From: Planctomycetota bacterium
GTDB lineage: Bacteria > Planctomycetota > UBA1135 > UBA2386
Direction of reading: 5' to 3'
NCBI GenBank assembly: GCA_965228735.1
Contig: OZ245838.1
Coordinates: 512,001 to 576,000, forward strand
Length of the DNA: 64,000 nucleotides
Made by a program: the position numbers and the translations under genes. The notes under the pieces were generated by a model. The model ran no database searches and had not been told where the DNA came from. It was given only the letters and a program-made list of their open reading frames with translations. Each line of letters starts with the position of its first letter. Position 1 is the first letter of the stretch. Positions 19,765 to 30,325 of the stretch are shown here, one piece after another.

Positions 19765-20627
19765 TCAGAGCGCGAGGCGGCGTGTTGTCAGGCTGTCATC
19801 GACGATGAGTAGCGTGTCGTCATCCTCTTCGGTCCAGTCCTCGTCGGTTAGGGGCTCGGACGCAACGATCACCGCGCGGCATGGCAGGCGATCGACGGTG
19901 GGGTGCGACGGCTTCGCGAGCCGGTGACACTTCGGGCAGTGGCACGTGCCGCAGAGTTCGCACGTGCCCAAGACTTGCCGTTGTAGTGAGAACAATCGCC
20001 GGCCACGGCGTGACGCGAGGAGCATTCGGGAGTCCGCGAGCACGAAGTTGAGGGTCGCCTCGGAGGATGTGCGTCGTGCGCAGAGGCTGCGAACATGTCG
20101 CAGACCGGTGCGAACGACCTCGGCGACGATCGCCGGCGGCGCCTCGGGCGTGCCGTTTGGCGTGTGTTCAGCGAGCCGCGCCAGCAGCCATAGAAACAGC
20201 AGTTCGCTGTCGGTCGTGCCGCGCCGGTGCTGGCGAATCACGCCGGGCAGGTCACCGAGCAGACTCGGCTCGATGGCATCGAATGCGGGAATCGTGCCGT
20301 TGTGTGCGAAGACCCATGGCCCGAATGCGAAAGGGTGCACGTTCTCGTTCCGGGTGTCTCCGACCGTCGCCGCCCGCACATGGGCGACGAGCGTGCGGGC
20401 GCGGATGTGGCTCGCATCGACGCGGAACCGCGGATCGGCTGCGGCTTGGAACGCGCGCTTGTCCACGTGCGGTTCGCCTTTCTCGAACCACGCGATGCCC
20501 CAGCCGTCGGCATTCGCTCGTCCGCGCCGATCCTCGCGGCTTTGTTGCAGCATGGAGTTCTGCGCGCAGACGAGGGCGCATTCGACCGCGGTGGGCTGCT
20601 CCGAGAAGTAGCATATAGGCGGCACAT
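19765..20627 (-). pseudogene. Class II glutamine amidotransferase (EgtC-like) with 5' frameshift
   Basis: ATG-TGC (MCRLYA) at 20627 is out of frame with the body (DGWG, HVRAAT, HPF, HNG, GTTDSE); may be a sequencing error. Confidence 0.75.
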
Positions 20628-20631
20628 CGGT

Positions 20632-21903
20632 CTAGCGAGGCAGGAGCCCGCTAGCGGCGAGCCAAACGTGAAGGGCCACACCAGCCGCGCAGCCGACCAG
20701 GATCACGGGACTCCACACCAGATGGGTCGTGAACGTGTAGGAGCCGCGCGACACTCCCATGAGTGCGACGCCGGCGGCCGATCCGGTCGACAACAGCGAG
20801 CCGCCGATGCCGGCGGTCAGAGTTACGAGCAACCAGTCGGATCGACCCATCGCCGGGTCCATCTCGAGAACCGCGAACATGACCGGCACGTTGTCGAGCA
20901 CAGCGGACCCGACGCCGACGAGCAGGTTCGCAGGGGTTGCGCCGAGCTCGCCGTAGAGCAGCGTCGCGGCGGTGTCGAGGTGACCGAACACGGCGAGGCC
21001 GCCGAGGCAGAGGATCACGCCGAAGAAGAACAGCATGGTGTCCCACTCCACGCCGCGGATGTGTTCGAAGACCTTGCGGCCCGGATGATCGAGGTCACCG
21101 TGCCGCCGGCAGTCCCAGTAGCAGTAGAGCATGTAGTAGCCGAGACCGGTCGTCATGCCGAGGAACGGTGGCAGGTGGAGGATGCTGTGGAACAGGATGG
21201 CGGTCGCGATGGTCGCCACGAACAGCCCCGAGACGATGGCCCAGTCCGCCCCCAGCGTCACGGCCGGCGGCGATTGCGGGGTCTTGGATTGCCCGATGGC
21301 AAACTGCATCACGAAGGCCGGCAACAGCCAGCTGATCAGTGCGGGCGGGACGAGCCACAAGAAGCCTGTCGTCTCGACCTTGCCCGCCTGCCAGACCATG
21401 AGTGTGGTGAGATCGCCGAAGGGCGAGAACGCGCCGCCGGCGTTGGCGGCAACCACGACGTTGACGCTTGCGATGGCGACGAACCGGGCGTTCCCTTGGC
21501 CAATCGCAGCGACGACCGCTCCGAGCACCAGCGCCGTCGTCAGGTTGTCGGCGAGCGGTGAGAGCAGAAGGGCCAGGCTGCCCGTGACCCAGAAGCTGCG
21601 ACGCAGTCCACCGGGGCCGCTGATCAGTCTGGCGCTGATCCAGTCGAACACCCCGCGCGCCCGGATGGCGTTGACGTACGCCATCGCGACGAGCAGGAAC
21701 AAGAACAGCTCACCGAACTCGTAGACGCTGTCGCGAACGCTCGCGGTGACCGCTTCGCGGTCGTGCTCTACGGCCGCCATGACCCAGATGGCTCCGGCCC
21801 CGAGCAGCAGCGGCTTCGACTTGCGCAGCCTGGTGAAGTCCTCCGCGATGACGAGTGCGTAGGCCAGCGCGAAGATGCCGAGTGCGACCAGAGAAAGGGT
21901 CAA
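20632..21903 (-). CDS. nhaD: Na+/H+ antiporter, NhaD family
   Basis: LRKSKP, ADNLTTAL, NAGGAFSPFGD, LDNVP, GGSLLSTGSAAGVALMG. Confidence 0.92.
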   Translation of the reverse strand: MTLSLVALGIFALAYALVIAEDFTRLRKSKPLLLGAGAIWVMAAVEHDREAVTASVRDSVYEFGELFLFLLVAMAYVNAIRARGVFDWISARLISGPGGLRRSFWVTGSLALLLSPLADNLTTALVLGAVVAAIGQGNARFVAIASVNVVVAANAGGAFSPFGDLTTLMVWQAGKVETTGFLWLVPPALISWLLPAFVMQFAIGQSKTPQSPPAVTLGADWAIVSGLFVATIATAILFHSILHLPPFLGMTTGLGYYMLYCYWDCRRHGDLDHPGRKVFEHIRGVEWDTMLFFFGVILCLGGLAVFGHLDTAATLLYGELGATPANLLVGVGSAVLDNVPVMFAVLEMDPAMGRSDWLLVTLTAGIGGSLLSTGSAAGVALMGVSRGSYTFTTHLVWSPVILVGCAAGVALHVWLAASGLLPR

Positions 21904-21912
21904 CGATTCTCC

Positions 21913-24240
21913 TCAGAGGTGGACGCTCCGCAGACGCAGAGCGTTACCGATCACGGAGACCGAGCTGAGACTCATCGCTGCCGCCGCGATCATCGGACTC
22001 AGCAGCAGGCCTGTGAGCGGGAAGAGAACGCCGGCGGCAATCGGCACGCCGATGATGTTGTAGCCGAACGCGAACACCAGATTCTGGGTGATGTTGCGCA
22101 TCGTCGCATGGCTGAGAGCAGTCGCCCGGGCGATGCCGGCGAGGTCGCCTTTCACGAGTGTCACGGCTGCGCTCTCCATCGCGATGTCGGTGCCCGTGCC
22201 CATCGCGATGCCGACGTCGGCGACGGCGAGCGCAGGGGAGTCGTTGATGCCGTCGCCGGCCATCGCGACTCTGTGGCCCTCGGACTGCAGTTGTTTGACG
22301 ATCCGCACCTTGTCGTCGGGCAGGGCATCGGCATGGACTTCGTCGATCCCGAGCGCGCGCGCCACGGCTTCGGCGGTCTTGCGACTGTCACCGGTGAGCA
22401 TGACGATCCGCAACCCTGCGCGGTGGAGCTCGTCGATGGCCGGGCCGGTCGTTTCCTTGATGGGATCCGACACAGCGAGCACTCCGGTAGCACTGCCGTC
22501 CACACTCAGGAACATCGCAGTGGCACCGCCGCCACGCATGTCGTCGACCTTCGCGGACCAGGCGCTCACGTCGACGTCGAGTTGCTCCATCAGGGCAAGG
22601 TTGCCGAGCGCGATGCGGTGGCCGTCCACGACTCCGGTCACACCCTTACCGGTGACTGCCTCGAAGCTCGCCGACTCTGGGACCGCGAGCCGTCGGTCGC
22701 GGGCGCCGGCTACGATGGCGAGGCCGATCGGGTGCTCGCTCAGGCTCTCGAGGGCAGCTGCGTATCGCAGGACCTCGTCGTCGGAGCTGTTTGGTCCCGA
22801 AACAACTGCGGTCAACGAGGGCTTGCCGCGCGTCAGTGTGCCGGTCTTGTCGACGACGAGGGAGTCGACGTCGCGCATCGCCTCGATTGCGCGTGCGTCG
22901 CGGAACAGGACGCCTATGTGCGCGCCTTTCCCGGTCGCGACCATGATGGACATCGGCGTGGCGAGCCCCAGAGCGCAAGGACACGCGATGATCAGCACCG
23001 CGACGGCGTTGACGAGGCCGTAGGCCAGCGCGGGTTCTGGTCCGATCGCAGACCACACGACGAAAGTGACCACTGCCGTAGCGATGACGATCGGTACGAA
23101 CCAGCTCGCCACGGCGTCCACGAGCCGCTGCACCGGTGCGCGCGAACGCTGTGCATCGGCGACCATCTGGACGATCCGGGCGAGCAGGGTGTCGGCTCCG
23201 ACCTTCTTCGCGACCATCAGCAAGCTGCCGTTGCCGTTGACGGTTCCGGCGACGAGCAGATCATCGGTTGCCTTGTCGACCGGAGTCGGTTCGCCGCTGA
23301 TCATCGATTCGTCGACGCTGCTCGTGCCCTCGAGGACTCGCCCGTCCACCGGGATCTTCTCGCCGGGACGGATTCTCAGGCGGTCGCCGACCTGCACGCT
23401 CGCAATGTCGACTTCTTCCTCCGTGCCATCGGGCTGGAGGCGGTGGGTAGTCTTGGGTGTGAGATCGAGCAGGGCGCGAATGGCTGCACCGGTGCTGCTT
23501 CGCGCCTTGAGCTCGAGGACCTGGCCGAGCAGCACGAGGGCCACGATCGTCGCTGCGGCCTCGAAGTAGACGGCAACCTGGCCGTCCGCGTTCTGGAATC
23601 CCGGCGGGAACATCGTCGGCGCGATGGTTGCGACGATGCTGTACGCATATGCCACGAGCACGCCCATGCCGATGAGCGTGAACATGTTGAGCTTGCGATG
23701 CCGCAGCGAGTCGTACGCGCGCGTCAAGAGCGGCCACGCCGACCACAGGACCACGGGAGTGGTAAGGGTAAGCTCGAGCCACCGCGACAGGGTGTGGCCG
23801 AGCAGGCCGGCAATCGGTTTGCCCGGCAGGACCATGTCAGCCATCGCGAGCACGATGACGGGTACCGTGAAGACCGCGGCGACGACGGTACGGCGCTGCA
23901 TGTCGCGCAGTTCGTCGCTGCCCTCGTCGTCGCCGCTGCCGGGAGTCAGGGGCTCGAGCGACATGCCGCAGATCGGGCACGTGCCCGGCCCGTGTTGCCG
24001 CACCTCCGGGTGCATCGGGCAGGTGAAGGTCGCGGTCGAGTTCGTCGGTGCCGCCGGTGAGATCGCCTTCGCGCTACCGGGCAGGAACGACTGCGGGGCC
24101 TGTATGAACCGGTCCCGGCAGTGCGCCGAACAGAACGCATAGCTCGTTCCGTCGAACTCGGCGTGGGGCGAATCCGGCCGGACTTGCACGTCCATGCCGC
24201 AGACAGGGTCGATCAGGACCGTCTTGGTGTTCTTGGTCAA
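21913..24240 (-). CDS. Cu(I)/Ag(I)-translocating P1B-1 ATPase with YHS and CPMHP domains (start uncertain)
   Basis: DPVCGM, CPMHP...CPICGM, CPC, DKTGT, GDGIND, YN and MxxSS. Confidence 0.93.
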   Translation of the reverse strand: MTKNTKTVLIDPVCGMDVQVRPDSPHAEFDGTSYAFCSAHCRDRFIQAPQSFLPGSAKAISPAAPTNSTATFTCPMHPEVRQHGPGTCPICGMSLEPLTPGSGDDEGSDELRDMQRRTVVAAVFTVPVIVLAMADMVLPGKPIAGLLGHTLSRWLELTLTTPVVLWSAWPLLTRAYDSLRHRKLNMFTLIGMGVLVAYAYSIVATIAPTMFPPGFQNADGQVAVYFEAAATIVALVLLGQVLELKARSSTGAAIRALLDLTPKTTHRLQPDGTEEEVDIASVQVGDRLRIRPGEKIPVDGRVLEGTSSVDESMISGEPTPVDKATDDLLVAGTVNGNGSLLMVAKKVGADTLLARIVQMVADAQRSRAPVQRLVDAVASWFVPIVIATAVVTFVVWSAIGPEPALAYGLVNAVAVLIIACPCALGLATPMSIMVATGKGAHIGVLFRDARAIEAMRDVDSLVVDKTGTLTRGKPSLTAVVSGPNSSDDEVLRYAAALESLSEHPIGLAIVAGARDRRLAVPESASFEAVTGKGVTGVVDGHRIALGNLALMEQLDVDVSAWSAKVDDMRGGGATAMFLSVDGSATGVLAVSDPIKETTGPAIDELHRAGLRIVMLTGDSRKTAEAVARALGIDEVHADALPDDKVRIVKQLQSEGHRVAMAGDGINDSPALAVADVGIAMGTGTDIAMESAAVTLVKGDLAGIARATALSHATMRNITQNLVFAFGYNIIGVPIAAGVLFPLTGLLLSPMIAAAAMSLSSVSVIGNALRLRSVHL

Positions 24241-24443
24241 GTCGTCGGGCCTTGGTTCTTCATGAGGTTGTGGATGACCCCTATGGCACCACCGAGCCCG
24301 GGAATCCAACTCGCTTTCTCGATCGGATCCGCCGCACGCAGCAAAGGACGTTCCAACTGTGGCGCCTCCATCGGCATCTCTGAGGGCGCCTGTCGTCGTT
24401 GGCCATGGCTGTCGTTGGAGTCCATACGTCTCGTGATCCGCAC
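24237..24443 (-). CDS. Small hypothetical protein upstream of the Cu-ATPase
   Basis: 68-aa ORF whose TGA overlaps a TTG start for the ATPase. Confidence 0.35.
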   Translation of the reverse strand: MRITRRMDSNDSHGQRRQAPSEMPMEAPQLERPLLRAADPIEKASWIPGLGGAIGVIHNLMKNQGPTT

Positions 24444-24595
24444 GTGCCGACTCGCCAGTTCTTGGCGAATGGGCCGTCAGGAACTGCCTACGCGCAGAGG
24501 CGTAGGCATGGCGAGTAATGCATGACTTGGCCCGACTCGCGGGGGGCGACGAGGACATCAGCGCCGTGCTGTCGAGCCGGTTTCGGTCCCGCGCG

Positions 24596-24611
24596 CGGTA
24601 CGGTGTTTGCC
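24596..24611 (+). promoter_or_regulatory. Possible sigma-54 promoter
   Basis: CGGTAC-GGTGT-TTGCC ~85 bp before the 24695 ATG. Confidence 0.5.
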
Positions 24612-24694
24612 TCGTTCCATCCCGTGGCGCGAGTGTGCACGACGATGATCAGAACGCGAACTGTCGCCGGCGATGCCGCGGCGGAGGGCGGGCC

Positions 24695-25912
24695 ATGGAG
24701 TTGGTGATCCAGCCCCCGGCGCAGCCCTGGTGGCGGTATCCGCCGCTTCGCAACGTGCTCCTTGCCGTTCTCGTTGCAGCTGCCGGTTGGGCGATGGTAG
24801 ACCCTGCCAGCAGCCAGGCCGTACGGAGTCTCCCTTGGCGCGTGGCCCTCGTCATCGCGTCGTATCGGTGGGCCTACCGGTCGATCGATGCCCTGTGTCT
24901 CGAGCAACGCCTGAGCGGCGGCCTGCTCGTTCTCATTGCCGTCGTCGGTCTCGGTCTTGTCGGGGCTTGGATCGAAGCAGCGGTCGTCGGCACCCTCTAC
25001 GCCGGCGCCGATGGGTTGGTTTCCTACCAGTTCGAACGCGTTCGCCAGGCGGCGGATCGCCTTCGGCGGCTCGCTCCTGGCAAGGCGGTCCTGAAGCACA
25101 AGCGTCGCCAGAAGACGGTGCCGATCGATCGCCTGAGGGTCGGTGACCACTTCTATGTGGGCCGCGGACAAGTCGTGGCCGCCGACGGCGTGGTGGTGGA
25201 TGGCGCAAGCAGTGTCTTTCAGCCGTTCGCGATCGGCGAGGCCGTCGTTGTGGACAAGGCGGCAGGCGACTCGGTCCTCGCGGGCAGCATCAATGGACCG
25301 GGTGTGTTGACAGTCGAGGCACGTGAGACCCCGAAGGGCGCGGTCCTTGCTCGCACGATCGACCTGTTGGAGAGGGTGCAGAGTAGCCAGGCGGACGAGC
25401 GGACCCGAATCGAGGCTGCCGCGAAGTGGACTTGTCTCGGGGTGCTTCTGGTGGCGGTTCCACTGTACGTGATGGCCAGGGCCGGCAACCTGCCGTCGGT
25501 GTGGGCGGAGCGTGCCGTTGCGCTCCTGGTTGCGGCCGTGCCGGACGCTGTGATGGTGGCCCGGCCGATCCTTGCGACGGCAATGATCGTCAGTTCTGTT
25601 CGAGGGGCCGCAGAAGGTGCGCTTGCGGGTTGTCGCCTCGGTGGCCTGGCCGAGGTCGTGACGCAGAGGGCGCGAAGGTTGGCCGACCCGGTCGCGCGGA
25701 AGTCGTTCGTCGTGTCGGCTGCGCTGATCCTACTCGTTGTCTTCGACGTCGTTGGCGTCCTGGGCGCAGCTCTCGTTCAGGCAGCCGTACTGGCGTGGAT
25801 CGTGGTGACCGGATGGCGTGCGGGACAGGTTTCAGCCTTGGACACGAACGATGGCCGCGACGGACGGGATGTCGTCGATCATGGCGAACAACAAGTAGTG
25901 TCCGAGCGGTAG
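24695..25912 (+). CDS. Degenerate P1B-ATPase-like membrane protein (TM and actuator only)
   Basis: LRVGD, ADGVV, GDSVLAGSIN actuator motifs; no TGE, CPC, DKTGT or GDGxND. Confidence 0.7.
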   Translation: MELVIQPPAQPWWRYPPLRNVLLAVLVAAAGWAMVDPASSQAVRSLPWRVALVIASYRWAYRSIDALCLEQRLSGGLLVLIAVVGLGLVGAWIEAAVVGTLYAGADGLVSYQFERVRQAADRLRRLAPGKAVLKHKRRQKTVPIDRLRVGDHFYVGRGQVVAADGVVVDGASSVFQPFAIGEAVVVDKAAGDSVLAGSINGPGVLTVEARETPKGAVLARTIDLLERVQSSQADERTRIEAAAKWTCLGVLLVAVPLYVMARAGNLPSVWAERAVALLVAAVPDAVMVARPILATAMIVSSVRGAAEGALAGCRLGGLAEVVTQRARRLADPVARKSFVVSAALILLVVFDVVGVLGAALVQAAVLAWIVVTGWRAGQVSALDTNDGRDGRDVVDHGEQQVVSER

Positions 25913-27928
25913 CCGATTCGGGTCGCTCGGCAGGGTGCAGGTGATCGCCGCACCACTCTGGCTGACGGGCAGCTCGAGGCGGCGAGGCACGCCGCCGTCG
26001 ACCCAGTGCGTCGTGACGCCCGTGCCGATCAACACGACCGACGTCAGGGCCGTGGCAGGCGATACATCGAACGCGACGGTGCCACCGCGTTGGAAGACGC
26101 TGGTGGTCAGGTTGTTGATGCGCGGTCGCACGCCGCGGAACAGATACGGCGGGCTCCAGGCGTCGATGTCGGGCGACAGCGGTGTGTTGTTGAACTTGAT
26201 CTTGGTGCCGCCGGTCGTCGCCACGCGCCCGTCGGGTAGTAGCAGGGTCACCGCGTGGTACTCGCGGAACTTCGGCGTGTCCGCGACACGGCGCCAGGAA
26301 TCGGCATCCGGATCGTAGAGATCGGTCCGCTTGACGACGCCATAGAGTGTCGGTGTCGCGGTCGACTGGTTGAGCACGTCGCCGCCTTGCACGAGCACCC
26401 TGCCGTCGGGCAGTGGCACGACCTCGCACTGCGCACGCTTCAGGCTCGGGCTCGACCGTGCGCTCCACGTACCCGCTACGGGATCGTACACCTCCGCCAT
26501 GGCAGCCTGGTGGCCGGCGGTCTGGGTGTTGATGCCGATCACGAGTGCTCGACCGTCGTGGAGCACCACGAGACTGTGGTCGGAGTGGCCGGGCCAGCCG
26601 CGGTTGCCGCCGACGAACCCGCCGGTCGGCTGCCATGCGCCGGTCGCGGGGTCGTAGAGCTCGGGCGCGCCCCAAGTCCTCAGCACGAGGCCGTTGTAGA
26701 GCAGCGCCGCGGGCGGAAACTCGACCGCCTGGCCCATCGTGCCGGTCCACGACCACGTGTTGGTCGCCGGGTCGAAGAGCTCGCAGGTTGGAGTGCGCAC
26801 CGCGGACGGCGCCGTGCCACCGCCCATGATCAGCAGTCGCCCGTCGTTGAGCCTGGCGAGGCCGGGATACCAGCGACCGGTCGAGTTGAGCAGCCACGGC
26901 AGCCCCTGCCAGCCGAGCTGCGCCGACCATGCCTTCACGCGTCGCGTGGCATTCTGGAACTGGCTCGGCGCTGCACCGTCCTGGCCACCGACCAGAATCA
27001 CGCGGCCGTCTTCGAGCAGGGTGCCGTGCATGCAGCCCTGCTCGGATCCGGACGCCGCGGGAAAGCTCTTCTGGCCGGTGACCGGGTCGAACACGATCGG
27101 ATCGGTCGTGTCATGGCAGTAGAACAGGCGGCCGTCCGGCAGCAGCACGCCGATGTCGGTGGCGTCGAGCGTCTCGGGGAGAGTGTTGCCGATCACGTTC
27201 CATTCGCCGGGGTGCGTCTCGGACTGCAGAGTGAAGCTGCGGGTCGCGCCGGAAGTCCCGATCGTCAGAGCGCTCTCGACGTAGTCGAAGCCGGGTTTGG
27301 CGCAGCCGATGCGGAAGTTGCCGGGCAGCACGGGCAACGAGTAGTTGCCGCTCGCGTCGCTGCGCGTTTCGGTGAAGACCTCGAGCTCGGGAGTGAACAA
27401 GGTGACCCGGGCCCCCGACACGGGCTGGCTCGTTCCCGTTTCCAGGACCGTTCCGGTGAGATTGACCGTCGGTGACGGCGCCACCGACACAGCGAGTGCG
27501 CGCGTGCCGTACCAGGGCTCGCCCGTCGGCAGGCCGAGTGCCTGCAGGTAGAACGTCCAGTTGGCGCCGCCGGGTGGGATGGCGATCGCGACGCTTCCTT
27601 CGCCGTTCGGTCCCGCGCCGAACGCGGCCGATGCCACGATCGAGATGTGCAGCGCGCAGCCAGGGGCAAACCCCATGGCTTGCGGCACGACCCACGGCAG
27701 AGGTGTGCTGTTCCAGCTCGTCGTCGAGAAACCGAGGAGCAGGAAGTGGGGTGCGCCGGACGCGGCGTCGTTGACTCGCGCTGCGACCGTCTGTCCCGGC
27801 ACGGGCGAGCCGTAGGCGTCGAGCAGGGTCTGGCGCGCGCCGCAGCCAGCGCCCAGCGGGGCGATCGACTGCGCGGTGAGCGAGACGAGGAACGTCGCGG
27901 GCGCGACGATGCGCAAGAGCGTGGGCAT
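25832..27928 (-). CDS. Kelch-repeat galactose/glyoxal oxidase-like protein
   Basis: Kelch repeats, GCMHG, RWYP, REYHA, SPPYLF, TTHW, PLGHYLLF C-terminal Ig-like domain. Confidence 0.88.
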   Translation of the reverse strand: MPTLLRIVAPATFLVSLTAQSIAPLGAGCGARQTLLDAYGSPVPGQTVAARVNDAASGAPHFLLLGFSTTSWNSTPLPWVVPQAMGFAPGCALHISIVASAAFGAGPNGEGSVAIAIPPGGANWTFYLQALGLPTGEPWYGTRALAVSVAPSPTVNLTGTVLETGTSQPVSGARVTLFTPELEVFTETRSDASGNYSLPVLPGNFRIGCAKPGFDYVESALTIGTSGATRSFTLQSETHPGEWNVIGNTLPETLDATDIGVLLPDGRLFYCHDTTDPIVFDPVTGQKSFPAASGSEQGCMHGTLLEDGRVILVGGQDGAAPSQFQNATRRVKAWSAQLGWQGLPWLLNSTGRWYPGLARLNDGRLLIMGGGTAPSAVRTPTCELFDPATNTWSWTGTMGQAVEFPPAALLYNGLVLRTWGAPELYDPATGAWQPTGGFVGGNRGWPGHSDHSLVVLHDGRALVIGINTQTAGHQAAMAEVYDPVAGTWSARSSPSLKRAQCEVVPLPDGRVLVQGGDVLNQSTATPTLYGVVKRTDLYDPDADSWRRVADTPKFREYHAVTLLLPDGRVATTGGTKIKFNNTPLSPDIDAWSPPYLFRGVRPRINNLTTSVFQRGGTVAFDVSPATALTSVVLIGTGVTTHWVDGGVPRRLELPVSQSGAAITCTLPSDPNRLPLGHYLLFAMIDDIPSVAAIVRVQG

Positions 27929-28043
27929 GGCGGATCCAAGATACACCGGGGGAACGAGTTCGGAGAGGGGGTGCGCTGCTCGACGATCGTCCCAATGCGG
28001 CCGGTATCATGTGAGCGTTCCCCTGCCGGTGAGGTTGTCCGTC

Positions 28044-29369
28044 ATGCAGAGCCGCTCCACCTGTCGCGTTGCATTCGCCGTCGCGTTGTCCCTGTCGTTC
28101 GTGGATCGGGTGCCCGCACAAGTGCCGCCGAACACCGCGGTCGTCGCGACGTCGGTCGCGGCGCAGCCCGCGACGCTGCTGCTCGCTGTCGATCTCGCGA
28201 CGATGGCGGTGACTCCGTTGTCGGGCTTTGCGAACGACCAGTTCGCGCCGCTCGCGCTGCGCATCGATCCGATCAACCGCGACATCCTGCTCGCGGTCGA
28301 CCTCGGCGGCGGCACGTCGCGCGTGCTGCGGCTTGGCCTCGGCGGCAGCACGATCACGCGGGTGCGCCAGCTCGCGGACGTCACCGGCGTGATCACGGAC
28401 ATCGTCGTGCCGTATCCGGGTGATCTCGCGCTCACGATCAACGGCCCCCAGGGCGGCATCGTGCGCGTCGACCGCAGCGGCGGCGCGCCGGTGCCCGCGC
28501 TGACCGCGCCGTTCGCGGTCGGGGCCGGGTCACTGAGCGTGTACAGCGCCGAGCTCTGGATCGCGCAGTCCGGTGTCGGTGCAGTGCCGGGCCAGCTCAC
28601 GTACTGGCACAGCGGCAGCGGCAATACGGGCGGCACGTATCCGCTCCCATCGATTCAGCCGCCGACGCTGACCGGCATCGCCGAGCTGTTGACGTCGATT
28701 CCGACCCACGTGATCTTGACGGCGAGCGGCGAGGTTTGGCAGAACATCCTGCAGCAGAGCCTCGTGCAGCTGCCGATCTCGCCGCCGTTGCCGGCGGGCG
28801 GCACCGAGTCGGTGCGCATGGCCGGCGGCAACGACGGCTACGTGCTCGGCAACTCGGCGTATCCGTTTCTGCAGCGGTTCGACGCCTACAGCACGGCTGC
28901 GCAGAACTGGGTCGTGATCGCCGGGCCGTTGCCCGGCAGTCCGAAGTCGTTCGACATCAGCGCGCCAGCGTCCGCGCAGGTGCATTCCTTCGGCGAACGC
29001 TGTTCGCCGTCGGCGACCGTGCCGTGGATCGGCCTGCAGGGTGGGTATCCCCAGCTCGGCAACGGCAGCTTCACGCTGACCACGACTGGGATCCCGGGTG
29101 CGGCCGCGATCGTGACGATCGGTTTCAGCGATCAGTCGGCGTTCGGCTCTCCGCTGCCGTTCGCGTTGCCTGGCGGGGGTTGTGAGCTCCTGGTGTCGCC
29201 AGATGCGGCGGTATTGCACATCAACGGCGTCAACGGCCGCTCCACGCAGGCGTTGCCGATTCCCTCGAGCCCGTCATTCGCGGGTGTCGTTCTGTTCGGG
29301 CAGTGGATCCACCTGATCGGTGGGCCGCTGATCGCGGCGACCGACGCGCTTGCACTGCACGTATTCTAG
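28044..29369 (+). CDS. Secreted beta-rich hypothetical protein
   Basis: Signal peptide; C-terminal recurring domain (FGERC...PQLGN...GCELLV...IP...Q). Confidence 0.7.
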   Translation: MQSRSTCRVAFAVALSLSFVDRVPAQVPPNTAVVATSVAAQPATLLLAVDLATMAVTPLSGFANDQFAPLALRIDPINRDILLAVDLGGGTSRVLRLGLGGSTITRVRQLADVTGVITDIVVPYPGDLALTINGPQGGIVRVDRSGGAPVPALTAPFAVGAGSLSVYSAELWIAQSGVGAVPGQLTYWHSGSGNTGGTYPLPSIQPPTLTGIAELLTSIPTHVILTASGEVWQNILQQSLVQLPISPPLPAGGTESVRMAGGNDGYVLGNSAYPFLQRFDAYSTAAQNWVVIAGPLPGSPKSFDISAPASAQVHSFGERCSPSATVPWIGLQGGYPQLGNGSFTLTTTGIPGAAAIVTIGFSDQSAFGSPLPFALPGGGCELLVSPDAAVLHINGVNGRSTQALPIPSSPSFAGVVLFGQWIHLIGGPLIAATDALALHVF

Positions 29370-29751
29370 CCCGGGGGCGGAAGCGAGCACCCGGTAGCTG
29401 CGGTCGCCGCATCGCCCGCGTTGAAGTGAACCGCAAGACACACCCTCGTTGCCTGGGCGTGGCGCCTTCATGGCAACAAGGCGGCACATCCTGCGAGAGC
29501 ATGGGGCCCCCAATCACAAGGACGGATCGCGAACCGGGCTACGAACATGCGAGAGCATTCGAATTGGCGACATTCAGCCTTCCAGGCTGAATGTCCGTCA
29601 GCGTGTCCTCATTTCGGGCTGAAGTTGTTCGCTCGACTCAACTTCAGGATCGAGATTCGCGACGGATTCGAAGCACGTCTCGTTACATTTGTGTGCGCGC
29701 CAACGGCGAACGAGCACGACGTAGTCCTTGCCGGCGCAGAGCCTTCGAGGA

Positions 29752-29798
29752 AATGGAGCGGGTGATCGGGATCGAACCGACGACATTCAGCTTGGGAA
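29752..29798 (-). repeat. att repeat: 3' half of tRNA-Gly(CCC)
   Basis: Reverse complement TTCCCAAGCTGAATGTCGTCGGTTCGATCCCGATCACCCGCTCCA; identical 47 bp at 52828-52874. Confidence 0.95.
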
Positions 29799-29911
29799 CC
29801 GGCTGAGGGCCTTCGGAGCACCGTCGTCACAACCGCTTCAGGTTGCACGTAGTGCGATACCTAGCAGTGGTTTGAGGGCATTGCAAGCGATTGCGAGAGA
29901 GTGCCGGGGAA

Positions 29912-29960
29912 TGCGGTAGTTTTGCGGTAGTAGGCCGGTTTGCGGTAGGTATTGCGGTAG
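29912..29960 (+). promoter_or_regulatory. Putative integrase arm-type sites (TGCGGTAG x4)
   Basis: Copies at 29912, 29923, 29941, 29953. Confidence 0.75.
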
Positions 29961-29974
29961 TGTCGCAGACGTCG

Positions 29975-30325
29975 ATGAGACTTCGCGCAGCTTCGATTTT
30001 GCTCGGCGTGGTGATCACGAGCCCGGTCGCCGGGTGCCGTTCGTTGCGCCCGGACAAGGTGGTGAAAGTCGAGACCGTGCCGCCCGGTGGCGTGGTGCTG
30101 CTCAATGGCCTCAAGGTGGGTACAGCGCCGTGCGAGCTTGTGATGCCATATGAGGGCGTGCTCGACTTCCAGGTTCTTCCGCCGCCGGACTTCTCGGGGC
30201 GACTGTTCTCGAAGCGGCAGACGCTGTACTGGAAGAAGCTCCCGGCAAGCGGTGCAGTGGCCTACTTCGATCTCCGCCTGGAGCAGACCGAACCGCTCAC
30301 TCCGATCGAGGTGAGGCAAAGGTAG
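29975..30325 (+). CDS. PEGA-domain-like lipoprotein
   Basis: VAGC lipobox; VETVPPGGVVLLNG..GTAP. Confidence 0.65.
   Translation: MRLRAASILLGVVITSPVAGCRSLRPDKVVKVETVPPGGVVLLNGLKVGTAPCELVMPYEGVLDFQVLPPPDFSGRLFSKRQTLYWKKLPASGAVAYFDLRLEQTEPLTPIEVRQR

Noticed and set aside
21763..24060. 765-aa plus-strand ORF
   Set aside because: Antisense shadow of the Cu-ATPase, typical of high-GC DNA
23946..24558. 881-aa ATPase with start at 24558
   Set aside because: The N-terminal ~105 aa has no domain signal and overlaps another ORF; a start near 24240 is more likely
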